Source: an uncultured virus (IMG/VR IMGVR_UViG_3300020460_001009) (taxonomy: Duplodnaviria > Heunggongvirae > Uroviricota > Caudoviricetes). Taken from it: a DNA stretch of 64,000 nt. The notes under the pieces are model-generated. The model searched no databases. It was given only the letters and a program-made list of their open reading frames with translations, and was not told where the DNA came from. The stretch is from IMG/VR virus record IMGVR_UViG_3300020460_001009; one strand, written 5' to 3'. Shown piece after piece: positions 26,692-37,785 of the stretch. The position numbers and the translations under genes were made by a program. How positions within the stretch are numbered: the first letter of the stretch is position 1; every line of letters begins with the position of its first letter.

Positions 26692-29600
26692 TTACATTTC
26701 ATATTTATCACCGAAGAATGTGCATATATGAGGATCATCACAACAGAAAGAAGTCCCTTCGATCCCATCGTATGATACAATAATATCATGATCAGATGAT
26801 TCAACAGGATCTCCGAATTTTCTATAACAATGCCCTTCATATGTAATAAACTTGGCAAAGGATTTGGATTTGGACGCAGGACCAATATAAATCACTGGAT
26901 CTGCACTCCCCGCATCACCTTCTTCTGGGAACTCACACATTTCATACCCTTGATATACCTCAGGACAACACGATAATTCCTGTATGGAGGATGACTCGGA
27001 TTCACCATTCGCACACTCCGCACAACACTCACACTCATCGTGAAAATGACTTGAGTCATAATCCAATATTGATGCAGTTTCTTCAGGTGCAATTGTTGTT
27101 GGATATATTGCCACACACATCCGTTCTCCTAAATCAACTTCACCAGGGTTGTCCGCAAAATATCCTGCCCATACATCTTTTTGAAGTCCTGTGGAAAACA
27201 ACGTAGACAGTGATCTAATTTGGGGCGAGTCTGGAAAATAACCTCCTTCACTATGTTCCGAAAGACAATCAACTAATTGATATACATTGTAAATTTCAAC
27301 GGAATGTGTTCCTGTTGCGGACGTTCCTCCATTTACGTCACTACTATTAGTGAGGTATGCTTGTACTTCCAACGTAAGTGTACCACCACGTATATCCTCA
27401 TATGCAAAGTCCGAAGTATAAGTTGGTTCAGTAACGTCCGACCATTCACTCCACTGACCAGGTGTATCTGGCAAGTCGGACTTAACTCTAACTTGCCACT
27501 CACTGGAACCCTGCGGGTCCCATGCCCATGTCGGATTATCGTACAACGGACTGGTTGAATCTGGATCAGGTGCAGGTACCAATAAATTATCAGTTGTATG
27601 GACCTGTGTTCCAAGAAGCGCACCAAGTTTCCCGTCTGAAAACTCGTAATAGTTACCATCATCATGATTACCTACATTCTCATATATATTCATGGTAATC
27701 GTAACAGTCTTTGAAACCAAACGTTCGGCCAGGACTTCTTTGGTCATCTCATTGAGTTCAGTCTGTGTGGAGAATGCCAACTCATTCGACCTGAACACCG
27801 GTGTCCAATCACTAATGTCTTCCACAGTATTTTCCACAAGAAGATCATTCTTCTCCTGACCATATCTGGTACCCCCACGAATGGGACTTCCATCATTAAG
27901 TTCGGTGATTTCGGACAAAGTGGCATTACCATCGGCATATGTCTTTTTTGTTTCATACTTAGTATAAAATACCTGACCTTTGTTGTGAGGACATGGTCCT
28001 GCCGATACATAAAACTGAGCCGTGGATCGGATATCTCCATCGGTCAAACCGGCAGTTATGATTGAATCAATTTCCAAACCAGACCCACACACCGGACTCG
28101 TATTAAGACCCGAGTCATTAGAATCCCACCACCACTCTTTACAAGTTCGTTCTGCATATGCCTCACTACTATCACATTCGGATTTTCTGCCGAAGCAACA
28201 TGTGTCAAAATTCGCATCAACTGCATTGAAATTCGCATCAAGATCGGTATATCGAGGTGCATTATTTTTCATATCGGACGAATCAGGACATAAATCGAAT
28301 CCAGATGGGTAAAACTCACCCTCAATGACGGGATTCGTCTCTGGAGCCATTGTATGATCAATATCAACCGGGTCAATGCGAACATATCTAAATTTGCGAC
28401 ACGGATGGTGGAGGTGTTCGTCCACGTCATCCGGTTTCGGGAAAGTGGATGTGCATTTTGAAAGTGAATCTGACATTACTGGAAACTCTTCCAATATGGA
28501 ATCAACTTGATCCCCAGTGAAAAGATAATAGTTGGAAGGTGTTGCTCCATCTTCATACCAATTGAATCGGTGGCCACCTGCATATAAACCAGACTCAGGA
28601 ATTGAAATTAATTCACCATTCTCAGCACCGCAGACGTCATTCTCAAATTCGTATCTTGCAATTGCAATCTGATCACCACACTCTTCTTGGTTTTGACACA
28701 CACACCCACCATCTGTAAAATAATCATGCGGTTTTGGTAAAATATTCGAAGAGTTTCTTGCATATTTCTCGGAAATATAGTATGCGTCATCAATGTTTCC
28801 AGACTCTGTGTATTTCTTGCCGAATATTGCCGACTCAACATGATACTCAATTGTGTCACCGGGTGGGGAACTTGGTACTTCAGGATTTTTTTGAGTCACT
28901 GAAAAACTATGCAACTTGTCGTGATCATATCGGGGTTTGTGGGAATCGATTTGCTCATCCCACATAACCTCACCATCGAGAACAAACCGCAAAACTACAT
29001 CTGCGTCATCCGATCCACCAACCGACAGGGTGAACTTCTTATTGTCATTATCCAAGGGGGTTATATTTCCGGTAACCGGAGCAGACAACCCGGAGATTTC
29101 ACTAGTCAGCATATCAATTTCATACTCACCTGGTGCAAGAGTAACAGTTGTTTGAATTGACTGGTCTTCATTCAATGGATACAACCATCCGTTTTCCTTG
29201 TAGAGTTGACCATCACGTGAGACATACTTAACAACGTCACCTTGTCCGATATTGGTTACGATATCGTTGGAAATCGTGGTCACAGTCACAATGTCAGAAG
29301 AGTCATCTGAATACTTCCAGGTGGCACCAGTTCCTATGGTCTGAACGTCTTTCGCATAGTCTTCATCAATGGCTGCCCAAAATAGTTCCTCAAGTTCCTC
29401 GGAAGGAGTTACGAGTATAACCGATCTGGACTGGGTAGTAATACCGAACGGGACCGTCAAGTTCATCGGAGTCAATAGGGCAGATGCGGTACCTGATCCG
29501 TGGGTTTCCGATGCTACGTACTCGGACGCACTTTCAATAGTTTCTGCAATCGCAAGACAATCACCGAGATTCACTCCACTGGCAGTATATGGTGAGGCCT

Positions 29601-30006
29601 CATTTTTCGCATCGTCTCTATCTATATAAAACACAAATTTTTCTCTACCCTCTTTGAGCTCATGATCGGGAGCATTTGCAACTTTTACATTTAGTGTAAC
29701 ATCTGGAAATTCACCCTCAGGGACCTCATCAACAGATGAAATTGCTTGACAATATAAATTAGCATCTCCGAAGTTATCAAAGTATTGTGGTATCTGTCCT
29801 GTGCCGAGAGCCGTCCGATCAACGAAATCGAAAAGGTTTCCGTGAGTTCCGTTTATATGAACATCATCTCCGTTGTATAAATATCGTACATCGAATGTCT
29901 TGGACGCACTTCCGTCAATTAAGACACAATCTGTACGACAAACCCGAATCTGCATGGAAATAAATTTTCCAGCATTGTCATTTTGTATTTCCGATTTTTC
30001 ACCCAT
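26692..30006 (-). CDS. large acidic Cys-rich protein with DPH-YEM tail (putative virion surface protein)
   Basis: ~1100 aa; ends CCDDPHICTFFGDKYEM; GGGAGA RBS before ATG 30006. Confidence 0.75.
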   Translation of the reverse strand: MGEKSEIQNDNAGKFISMQIRVCRTDCVLIDGSASKTFDVRYLYNGDDVHINGTHGNLFDFVDRTALGTGQIPQYFDNFGDANLYCQAISSVDEVPEGEFPDVTLNVKVANAPDHELKEGREKFVFYIDRDDAKNEASPYTASGVNLGDCLAIAETIESASEYVASETHGSGTASALLTPMNLTVPFGITTQSRSVILVTPSEELEELFWAAIDEDYAKDVQTIGTGATWKYSDDSSDIVTVTTISNDIVTNIGQGDVVKYVSRDGQLYKENGWLYPLNEDQSIQTTVTLAPGEYEIDMLTSEISGLSAPVTGNITPLDNDNKKFTLSVGGSDDADVVLRFVLDGEVMWDEQIDSHKPRYDHDKLHSFSVTQKNPEVPSSPPGDTIEYHVESAIFGKKYTESGNIDDAYYISEKYARNSSNILPKPHDYFTDGGCVCQNQEECGDQIAIARYEFENDVCGAENGELISIPESGLYAGGHRFNWYEDGATPSNYYLFTGDQVDSILEEFPVMSDSLSKCTSTFPKPDDVDEHLHHPCRKFRYVRIDPVDIDHTMAPETNPVIEGEFYPSGFDLCPDSSDMKNNAPRYTDLDANFNAVDANFDTCCFGRKSECDSSEAYAERTCKEWWWDSNDSGLNTSPVCGSGLEIDSIITAGLTDGDIRSTAQFYVSAGPCPHNKGQVFYTKYETKKTYADGNATLSEITELNDGSPIRGGTRYGQEKNDLLVENTVEDISDWTPVFRSNELAFSTQTELNEMTKEVLAERLVSKTVTITMNIYENVGNHDDGNYYEFSDGKLGALLGTQVHTTDNLLVPAPDPDSTSPLYDNPTWAWDPQGSSEWQVRVKSDLPDTPGQWSEWSDVTEPTYTSDFAYEDIRGGTLTLEVQAYLTNSSDVNGGTSATGTHSVEIYNVYQLVDCLSEHSEGGYFPDSPQIRSLSTLFSTGLQKDVWAGYFADNPGEVDLGERMCVAIYPTTIAPEETASILDYDSSHFHDECECCAECANGESESSSIQELSCCPEVYQGYEMCEFPEEGDAGSADPVIYIGPASKSKSFAKFITYEGHCYRKFGDPVESSDHDIIVSYDGIEGTSFCCDDPHICTFFGDKYEM

Positions 30007-30036
30007 CTTTTTCAATCTCCCAAGTATTTCATTAAC

Positions 30037-30084
30037 GTGGATTTCCCACTTATTATAATTATTCTATATACAGAGTTTTTATAA
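30037..30084 (-). promoter_or_regulatory. shared upstream element, copy 1
   Basis: TTATAAAAACTCTGTATATAGAATAATTATAATAAGTGGGAAATCCAC, repeated at 50505 and 52216. Confidence 0.8.
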
Positions 30085-30333
30085 TCTCAGCAAGAAAAGA
30101 AGTTCAAATAGAGAATCAAATGCCCGTATAGTCACCATATACACCGACAGAACATACCAAAACCCAAACGCAATTGTTACTATCAGCACCGAAAGTCCAA
30201 AAAACTTCAAAGTTTCTATCATATCAAATTTCATGTCAAGTCAACAAATAAACAAATATTCCCAACACACAGGATATGATAATCACACTGCCCAGCAACA
30301 TATAGGCATTGAATATCATCTCGTATAACTTTC

Positions 30334-30870
30334 TCATAAATTTCTAAGTCTCACTCTGGCCATATCCACGACAATGTTTTTCGTATTAAGAAATTCTTCC
30401 AACGAAATCATCATCCATTTTCTGCGGTAAATCATATGATTGACAAAGTAAGTGCTTGGGCATATTCCGTCATCGGTTTTGATGATTCTGTAATCAAACA
30501 CAACATACGAACCAATATAACTGAACTTGGCAATTATCATTGGCAATCGTTTTGCCAACTCTGCGTCTTTTTCAGCTGCTTCTATCCAACTATCCAAGTC
30601 TTTGTTTTCTCCGTTCAGCATATGTGAAAACTTAAAGTCATCGTAATGCTTTGCTTCAATGGTAAACGGAAAGTCTTTTGGTGTTATGATGTCACCCGTG
30701 AGTATTTCAACGACGTCTGATCGTTCACCTTCTGCGTTTTCCGCATTTTCTCCACCGAACATGGCACCTGAACGAGGTGTTCTGCTAAACTTGCCCTCAA
30801 AGTTCTCTTCAAGGATTTTAGCAACCTCCAACTCCCATGCGGTCCCTTTGTCTTTTGACGATTTTCCCAC
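30334..30870 (-). CDS. Holliday junction resolvase-like PD-(D/E)XK nuclease
   Basis: SKDKG..WE.EVA, RTPRSGA, GDII, TIEAK. Confidence 0.8.
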   Translation of the reverse strand: MGKSSKDKGTAWELEVAKILEENFEGKFSRTPRSGAMFGGENAENAEGERSDVVEILTGDIITPKDFPFTIEAKHYDDFKFSHMLNGENKDLDSWIEAAEKDAELAKRLPMIIAKFSYIGSYVVFDYRIIKTDDGICPSTYFVNHMIYRRKWMMISLEEFLNTKNIVVDMARVRLRNL

Positions 30871-30897
30871 AAATATAAATATGCAGAAACAGAGTTT

Positions 30898-31647
30898 TTA
30901 TAATAATTCACCCCATGAAGTATTGGAGTTTGCAACAAAGACTCGGTTTGCCAAATTTTCTTCACAGAGTTGAAAGTTCTCATAGTTGGTGGAGTTCCCC
31001 ATTCTAGTAAACGGGTGGTCACTTGGCAACTTTCGCACCAGACCTGGTTCGTAGTTTGAAAATCGTTCCACATTGTCATGTGTAATCTTATCAAGGTATC
31101 TATTGGGTATACCATGCACAATTGCTCCAGTTTTTTCCAACCTCTTCCAAAAATCAATTTCCTCGTATCCCCAACCGGACATCTGCTCATCATATCCACC
31201 AATCTTCAAAAAATCTTTCTTTCTACAAACGATTCTTCCACAAGTTCCTGCGGTGGACTCCGACCAATCCACCTTCAATACCGAATTCGTTTCTCTGGTG
31301 TACATTTCCTCAACATACTGAACAAACCCATTCTTGGTAATGTTATCGGCATCTAACCAACAAAGTATGCCTCCAGTTGCATTCTTTCCAAGAATGTTCT
31401 TTGTCTTGGACATATGAAAATACTTAGGGTTGGTTGTCTTGAGATACTTAAACTCAACTGGAAGATTTTTCAGTTGAGTTTCCAGAGTTTCCACCCATGT
31501 GTCAATATCATCCGTTGAATTATAGTTCAACAAAACGAACTCAACCTTGCACCCGGCCGTTGACAAACTATTCTTAATGTTCTTTAAGTAAGTCTGCTTC
31601 AAATGATGAAGGCGATTCATTGAACTTGTTAAAAACGACAACTTCAT
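30898..31647 (-). CDS. glycosyltransferase (GT2/GT7-like)
   Basis: MNRLHHL, LDADN (DxD), IGGYDEQMSGWGYEE. Confidence 0.85.
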   Translation of the reverse strand: MKLSFLTSSMNRLHHLKQTYLKNIKNSLSTAGCKVEFVLLNYNSTDDIDTWVETLETQLKNLPVEFKYLKTTNPKYFHMSKTKNILGKNATGGILCWLDADNITKNGFVQYVEEMYTRETNSVLKVDWSESTAGTCGRIVCRKKDFLKIGGYDEQMSGWGYEEIDFWKRLEKTGAIVHGIPNRYLDKITHDNVERFSNYEPGLVRKLPSDHPFTRMGNSTNYENFQLCEENLANRVFVANSNTSWGELL

Positions 31648-32480
31648 GACAAAATTTGATTAACCGAAACATATTTTCCACGTTTCCAGTATTCATAATA
31701 CTCCGATGACATCAATTCTATCAACTGACTCTCCGTTGATTGGGCCCACGGTGGAAACTTGGTAGTCATGATGTCGGATTCTGAAGTTTCCTTGCATAAC
31801 CCAATTTTCGGTTCAAACTTTATTGATAGACGTTTATTCGGCAATAGTTTCGGATTTGAACAAAATCCAACAAACTTATCAACTGCACATGATATTACGT
31901 TTGGTCGTGTCCAATGTTGAGTTCTTTCTCGGTTGAACATAGAATATTCCAACAACTTTGCCTCACCAAACCGTCTGTCTGGTACGGCACGAACAACTCC
32001 CTCAAAATGACTTCTGTTGTGAGTAGATTGTACCAAAATATCAGCACCTCTCCGTGTAACCAAATAACTCTCCAATCCGTCAAAATTTCTAAAATATCCA
32101 GAGTCGTGATATCTCATGTTCAACTGACATACATCGTGTCCTTGCATCAGAGGTCTGTCCGATTGTAAATATTTCTTCACATCACTATATTTGACGTCAT
32201 CCTCCAATATCAACGCACACCCAATATCTCTCTTAATTATATCTTTCCAAATTAAATAGTGACTTAAATATGCACCCACCGCACCAGTTGTCTGTGAAAA
32301 ATACAACTTGCTTGCCAGACCCACGGGATCCAATTCCAGACCATATTTCTTACATATACGATAATCACTTCTGGAATCTATTGCAGAAAATCTGCGGATG
32401 CGACTGTCCAAATTCTTAAATACATCCCACCGAGAAATTTTATCTTCCAAATTTATGAAATATATTTTCTCAATATTCAT
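31644..32480 (-). CDS. glycosyltransferase family 25
   Basis: IYFINL, RFSAID, GAYLSH..IW, LILEDD, YLVTRRGA; start reassigned to 32480. Confidence 0.85.
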   Translation of the reverse strand: MNIEKIYFINLEDKISRWDVFKNLDSRIRRFSAIDSRSDYRICKKYGLELDPVGLASKLYFSQTTGAVGAYLSHYLIWKDIIKRDIGCALILEDDVKYSDVKKYLQSDRPLMQGHDVCQLNMRYHDSGYFRNFDGLESYLVTRRGADILVQSTHNRSHFEGVVRAVPDRRFGEAKLLEYSMFNRERTQHWTRPNVISCAVDKFVGFCSNPKLLPNKRLSIKFEPKIGLCKETSESDIMTTKFPPWAQSTESQLIELMSSEYYEYWKRGKYVSVNQILS

Positions 32481-33138
32481 ATCCAAAATACTCAATGTCC
32501 TTTGCGTATTTTTCCGCAACAATTTGCCTTGTCTCATCATCGTAGTATTCGGTGTAATGTTTGTGTTTTGATTTGTTTACGTATGGAAGTTGTTGTTTTG
32601 GAATTCCAATTTTGTCGCAGATGGTGTTGAAGTCTTCTTGGAGATTTTCAACCTTTCCAACAAAATCAATTATTTTATTATCACACAAATCATACGCATA
32701 TTGATATTGCTCTCGTTCAAACGCACCATATTGTTCCAATAATCTACGCAAAGAAATAAGTTCCCCGGAACTATCACACAACGACAAACAATGTTCAATC
32801 CACATATCAGGGACTTCCATATACACCCCCCGAACCGATTTATGACTCTTCCACATATGAAGTGTCTTTTTACGATAATTGTATGCAGAGATTACACGAT
32901 CCCAGGGGTTCCTGACAAATGCGAACTTAAAATATTCCTCCCACGGCCATCCATTGTCTTCAAAAACTCCCTTTAGACGGGGAGCATTTATATGGACTCC
33001 ATAATCACCTTGGAAATCTTCACTTATCTTTTTCAAGTAATCACCACCAAGTGAACTTTGCAAAACATCACTTACACTTGAACTTGCAGTCTTAGTAGTT
33101 GCCAAAAAAACAAACTTTTTTTTATGTGATAAGATCAC
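32470..33138 (-). CDS. sulfotransferase (Sulfotransfer_2 family)
   Basis: 5'-PSB TTKTASSS, 3'-PB FVRNPWDRVIS, DFVGKVENL. Confidence 0.85.
   Translation of the reverse strand: MILSHKKKFVFLATTKTASSSVSDVLQSSLGGDYLKKISEDFQGDYGVHINAPRLKGVFEDNGWPWEEYFKFAFVRNPWDRVISAYNYRKKTLHMWKSHKSVRGVYMEVPDMWIEHCLSLCDSSGELISLRRLLEQYGAFEREQYQYAYDLCDNKIIDFVGKVENLQEDFNTICDKIGIPKQQLPYVNKSKHKHYTEYYDDETRQIVAEKYAKDIEYFGYEY
32485..32613. repeat. 129 bp direct repeat, copy 1 (sulfotransferase 3' end)
   Basis: matches 58141-58269 with one mismatch. Confidence 0.9.
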
Positions 33139-33896
33139 TTTTCATACCCCCAGTGCTTAAAGTCAATATCATACAGAAGACCTATTAGTTTCTTTGTGTC
33201 GTTCGTATAATAAGATGACCAATGGTCATGCTTACTTTTATTTATTTTTGGAAGTTTTTTACTTTTTATATTTATAGACTTGCATATAAAATCACAACTC
33301 TGTTGCAACTCCTCGGACTTTCCAACAAAGTTCATTTTTTTATGCGTGTAATTCCACGCAAATGAAGTAAACGCAATTTGTCTGAGAAAAAAGGATTCAA
33401 CCAAGTCCAATTCGTAAAATTTATGAACATAATCCTCAAAACAATCTACATTATTAAAATACTTTTTCATGTAGTTATGCTCTTCGGTCGGCTTATCCAA
33501 ATATAGGTTGTTTTGATAACCACCCAAGTGTGTATTCTTTTGTTTAAATTCCAATAACTCTTGTTTTGTACCAGTCCATTTATCTATTAGTTTTTTTCCA
33601 TATGGAGTGGATTGATGCTTCTCCCAACACTCCATAACATACAAGCAATAAAAATAATGAGAAACAAATCTTGAATACGGATTTCTAACCACCGTGCAAA
33701 AAAATATATCCTCGGTCAAACAACTTGATTTAATATCCCAAATACTTGGATGAAATGAACAATCCTCATGTCGTGTCTCGATACAATCATCCCCTTCGTG
33801 GTCAAATACTTTTTGTAAATGACTTGTAATAGTAGTCGATCCAGTTTTAGGAATCGCAACATATAATAATTTATTGGGAATATAATACATCTTCAA
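33135..33896 (-). CDS. sulfotransferase (Sulfotransfer_2 family)
   Basis: IPKTGSTTI, VVRNPYSRFVS. Confidence 0.85.
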   Translation of the reverse strand: MKMYYIPNKLLYVAIPKTGSTTITSHLQKVFDHEGDDCIETRHEDCSFHPSIWDIKSSCLTEDIFFCTVVRNPYSRFVSHYFYCLYVMECWEKHQSTPYGKKLIDKWTGTKQELLEFKQKNTHLGGYQNNLYLDKPTEEHNYMKKYFNNVDCFEDYVHKFYELDLVESFFLRQIAFTSFAWNYTHKKMNFVGKSEELQQSCDFICKSINIKSKKLPKINKSKHDHWSSYYTNDTKKLIGLLYDIDFKHWGYEK

Positions 33897-34522
33897 TCTC
33901 CAAATTTATATCCAAACTGCTCAATATCCTCCGCATATTTTTCCGCAACAAGTTGACGAGTTTCATCATCATAATACCTAGTATAATGTTTTCGTTCTGT
34001 TTTATGCACATGAACATATTTTTTATTAACAATTCCAATCTCATCACAGACATATTCAAAGTCTTTACGAAAATTCTCAAGCCTCCCAATAAAAACAAAT
34101 TCAGAATAATTTCGTGGTAAGAAATCAACAATCGGTTTCCAATGTCCGTCCGTATCTGCAAATGAATCCACTATCTTAAATATAAATTCACGAAAAGAAA
34201 AATTATTATCTATCATAAAATGAATCTCGTCGGATTGCCTATTAGTGTGAGACCAAACTCTGTGATTTAACACCTTGTCTGCCCAGCAACTAACCAATCT
34301 CTCATATGGATTCCTGACAAACGCAAAATTAAAAAAATTCATATGCTCACTGCGGTACTGCATTGACCCCCACGGATACGAAGTATCATCACGGGACGTG
34401 TGCATATCCAAGTGATCAGATATTGTACATGACGCACATTTTGGAATCTTAAACCAACAATACTTTGATTCAGTTGATATATGCAGTGGAAATGTTTTCT
34501 TTAATACAGCATCACCCATCAA
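33893..34522 (-). CDS. sulfotransferase (Sulfotransfer_2 family)
   Basis: IPKCASCTI, FVRNPYERLVS, DGHW.P, FIGRLENF. Confidence 0.85.
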   Translation of the reverse strand: MMGDAVLKKTFPLHISTESKYCWFKIPKCASCTISDHLDMHTSRDDTSYPWGSMQYRSEHMNFFNFAFVRNPYERLVSCWADKVLNHRVWSHTNRQSDEIHFMIDNNFSFREFIFKIVDSFADTDGHWKPIVDFLPRNYSEFVFIGRLENFRKDFEYVCDEIGIVNKKYVHVHKTERKHYTRYYDDETRQLVAEKYAEDIEQFGYKFGD

Positions 34523-36333
34523 TATAATCTCCTGACAATTCTCATAATTTCCTTTGGTAAGTTAATTCGTTCTTTCAGTTTATCGGCCGAAACATACCAC
34601 CGTGTACTATTGTTTTTCACAAATTCATCAAACTTAAACATAAACCAAGGTTCGAGTGAAAGTATACAATTATTCGGTGCAACATCATCAGAACCAACTA
34701 ACCATATCCAACTATCCATATACTGATATTTTGTTAGTTCTTTAAGAAACACTTTATATTTCTTCAACCACCAAATATTATCGTAGGTCGCATCAAAATA
34801 CGCAACTACATTTATAAAATTGTTTCTTAACCATGTGTGCAAATCTTCATCAAGTGACAATAGTGCAAGACCATCAGCCGCAGTATTTGTATGTATGTGT
34901 TTCATAACGTGGTCTGGAAGTGTTTCATAGTCAAATATCACACGACACTTCTCATGCAAATCTACAACATCTTTTTGAAATTTATCCAAACTATACTTTC
35001 CGGTATGTTTTACAATAAATAAACAGTGCGTTGCCTCCACGAACGATTCCGTTTCAAAAACTTTTTTAATCCTACCCATACTCAACTTCTCGACATCAAT
35101 GTAAACCACCAAAGCATCAAGTGATTGTCTATATATTCCTGGATGTTTAAGATATTCCAAACTATATTCAACAAGTTTTTGTCTGTGATGTTCACTGTGA
35201 GTAAATTTTCGTTCATTAATCAACTCAAGATATCTCCTAATACCAAGTTTCTCATCAAGAAGTTTAGGATGTAGTTCTTTGCATCCTGATTGTAGTTCTG
35301 CTAACTGCGTGGGGTTTGTTAACAACGCAGAAACCTTGTCAACCATATCACCGGGACTTTTACACAACACCCCAGTCACACCTCCCTCAATCGTTTCACT
35401 TAAACCAAGACTATACTTCAAACACACCACAGGTACGGAATGAGAAAATGACTCAATAACCGCATTACTCGTTCCCTCGTATGTAGCAGTAGTTACCATC
35501 AGGTCGGAAGCTGCGTAGTAGTCATGTATATTGTCAACCGAACCGTGTATTTCAATATGCTTGGAAATTTTTGGATTATTTGCAATCACCGAATCAAATT
35601 CAACTCGCATCTTTGAACTTTCGTCACCAAGTATATGTAGTTTAAAATCAAGATTGGCATCCACCAATTTGGTCATTTGTGCTACGAATGGAATTATACT
35701 CTTCCTCGGTTCACGAAGTCCATTTACGTTTATCAAATTATACTTACTTGAAAATTTCTTCTTTTGAAAATCAGGAAGAGTTACGGTGTTGTAAAAACTA
35801 ATTATTTTGTTTCTGGACTGCTCTGGAATATATTTATCAAAATTTTCATTCTCAAGTCGTATAACATCCACCGACTCACATAGTTGAGAAAATGTTATAC
35901 CCACTCCATAATTTTTAGTCTTAAACCAAGATTGTATTACAGACGGATGGTTCGTATCAAAATTTATCCAATGCATATTGTTCCGCAACAAAGCACTACA
36001 TATAGCAAAAAATCTGTGTGAATTTGAATCCAAAAAACTAATCAATGTTGGGTTCGTCTGCATATCCACGTGATTCTTAAGTTGCTCCGCAAGTTGAGGT
36101 CTCCAGTGATTATTCTCCGACAACATTATATAGGTCAGTGGAATCACATTACCATCATCGTCAATATTCAGATTAAGTTTTGTATTTATATAAGAAAGAA
36201 CCACGATATTGAATCCACCTTCTTTATGCAATAACATAACAAGGTCACGAACAATCTTAAAACACCCTCCACCGGTCAGTGAACCCCGATATATGTAAAT
36301 CGTTTTTTTCATGACATCACATCTTAAAATCAT
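34519..36333 (-). CDS. glycosyltransferase family 4 (GT-B) with C-terminal extension
   Basis: YYAASDL...YEGTSNAVIES...PVV (ExxxxxxxE), TGVL. Confidence 0.8.
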   Translation of the reverse strand: MILRCDVMKKTIYIYRGSLTGGGCFKIVRDLVMLLHKEGGFNIVVLSYINTKLNLNIDDDGNVIPLTYIMLSENNHWRPQLAEQLKNHVDMQTNPTLISFLDSNSHRFFAICSALLRNNMHWINFDTNHPSVIQSWFKTKNYGVGITFSQLCESVDVIRLENENFDKYIPEQSRNKIISFYNTVTLPDFQKKKFSSKYNLINVNGLREPRKSIIPFVAQMTKLVDANLDFKLHILGDESSKMRVEFDSVIANNPKISKHIEIHGSVDNIHDYYAASDLMVTTATYEGTSNAVIESFSHSVPVVCLKYSLGLSETIEGGVTGVLCKSPGDMVDKVSALLTNPTQLAELQSGCKELHPKLLDEKLGIRRYLELINERKFTHSEHHRQKLVEYSLEYLKHPGIYRQSLDALVVYIDVEKLSMGRIKKVFETESFVEATHCLFIVKHTGKYSLDKFQKDVVDLHEKCRVIFDYETLPDHVMKHIHTNTAADGLALLSLDEDLHTWLRNNFINVVAYFDATYDNIWWLKKYKVFLKELTKYQYMDSWIWLVGSDDVAPNNCILSLEPWFMFKFDEFVKNNSTRWYVSADKLKERINLPKEIMRIVRRLY

Positions 36334-37252
36334 TCAACATCCAAAACGCAAGTAATTTTGCAACCTTGAGTTTTTCAGAAAATTCTCCAGGAGTTTTACT
36401 TTCCCTGAACAATAAGTGCATACTTTCCTTTATAAACTCCCCACCCGGCTTATTGTTCGACCAATATCCTGGATTTTCAAGATATGAAACGTTTGTCATT
36501 ACATCTGTCGCAGCCTGCCAAGACACTCGTTTTACAAACCAAGACTGAGTTAATCTGCTTGGTTGTACTATGTGGTCTACCACACACCGAGGAGAATACA
36601 TTATCGTATGTGAATCTTTAAGTGCATATATCAATTCCATTTCCTCTGCACCAAGCAATCCACCATGCGAACCGTTGCGTCCCAGATTTGTTGAAAATCC
36701 CCCACAATTCTCAAGAACTTTTTTTCTAAAACATATGTTTGCTCCTGCCAACCACATTCCCTCCGACTCACCATAAATAAGTTCGGAAGAACCTAAATCA
36801 AGCATTGACAAATATCCAAGTGCATCATCAGACAACCAAGTTGGTCGTGGTGACTGACTCCAGTTTGGAAGCACCTTCCCACCCATCACCGACAAATTTA
36901 TATTTCCGGAAAAACAACCAATCGCATTTTCAACCAAATCAACATGAGCAAGTGCGTCATCGTCAATAAAATGTATCAACTCCGTTTTGCACTCGGTTAC
37001 GCACATATTCCTGGCATCCGATAATCCAGTGGCAGGTCGTGTGATATACTTAAAATTTCCTTGCCGGCTTGCAAATAACTTACATTTATCATAGAGGGGA
37101 TGTGTTAACTTGGTTGAATTATCAAGAATAATAACATCATATAACTCACTGGAAACAGATTGTTTTACAAGAGACTGCATAGAATCATACAACATACAAT
37201 GATTGTTGTATGTGCAGATACATACTGTAATATATTTCTCACGGGTTCCCAT
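36317..37252 (-). CDS. glycosyltransferase family 2
   Basis: VCICTYN, LDNST, GLSDARN, FIDDDA, GANICFR, GGF...LGR. Confidence 0.9.
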   Translation of the reverse strand: MGTREKYITVCICTYNNHCMLYDSMQSLVKQSVSSELYDVIILDNSTKLTHPLYDKCKLFASRQGNFKYITRPATGLSDARNMCVTECKTELIHFIDDDALAHVDLVENAIGCFSGNINLSVMGGKVLPNWSQSPRPTWLSDDALGYLSMLDLGSSELIYGESEGMWLAGANICFRKKVLENCGGFSTNLGRNGSHGGLLGAEEMELIYALKDSHTIMYSPRCVVDHIVQPSRLTQSWFVKRVSWQAATDVMTNVSYLENPGYWSNNKPGGEFIKESMHLLFRESKTPGEFSEKLKVAKLLAFWMLNDFKM

Positions 37253-37326
37253 CTAAATGTGTTTATTATTCCTCTATTATAAATAGAGAAATTAAATAGT
37301 TTTTATAGTAACCAACGTGGTACAAT

Positions 37327-37773
37327 TTACATCGTTACTTCCCAAGAATCATCAGTTGATCCCCAGTCACGATATTTTTCCTTGCCACCTCTTGCTGACC
37401 AATCACTATCAATAACCAAACGACTACTGATTCCACCTCTTGGATTGCTTTTCAAAACCAACCGCAGACGGTCAGGAGCATACACTTCCATTAAATGATC
37501 ATATACAACATTGATAAGTCGTTCATACGATACAACGATGTTACGCAACTGATAAGTGTATTGCTTTAAACTTTTAAGTTCAATGATTTTCTTGGTTGGA
37601 TAAATTGTGATGTAAAGCACACCGAAATCTGGTTGTTCGTTTACACCAAGAAATGTAAACTCAGGAACTTTTACTTTTATTTCGTAAGGTTCTTTGCTTG
37701 GATTTGGAATGCTTTTTAAGATGCTTGAATCAATCGCATCGTACAATAATACTTTTTCTTTTTCGTCTGCCAT
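37327..37773 (-). CDS. queF: QueF-like T-fold protein lacking the catalytic Cys
   Basis: PEFT..., QPDF, ELKSLKQY, PRGGI; PEFTFLGV in place of PEFTSLCP. Confidence 0.75.
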   Translation of the reverse strand: MADEKEKVLLYDAIDSSILKSIPNPSKEPYEIKVKVPEFTFLGVNEQPDFGVLYITIYPTKKIIELKSLKQYTYQLRNIVVSYERLINVVYDHLMEVYAPDRLRLVLKSNPRGGISSRLVIDSDWSARGGKEKYRDWGSTDDSWEVTM

Positions 37774-37785
37774 AATAGATTTCCT

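Noticed and set aside
26106..26692. Read-through or intron joining the DPH tail to the 142 aa ORF
   Set aside because: The interval contains a terminator and an intact gene with its own upstream motif, and no intron core is recognisable.
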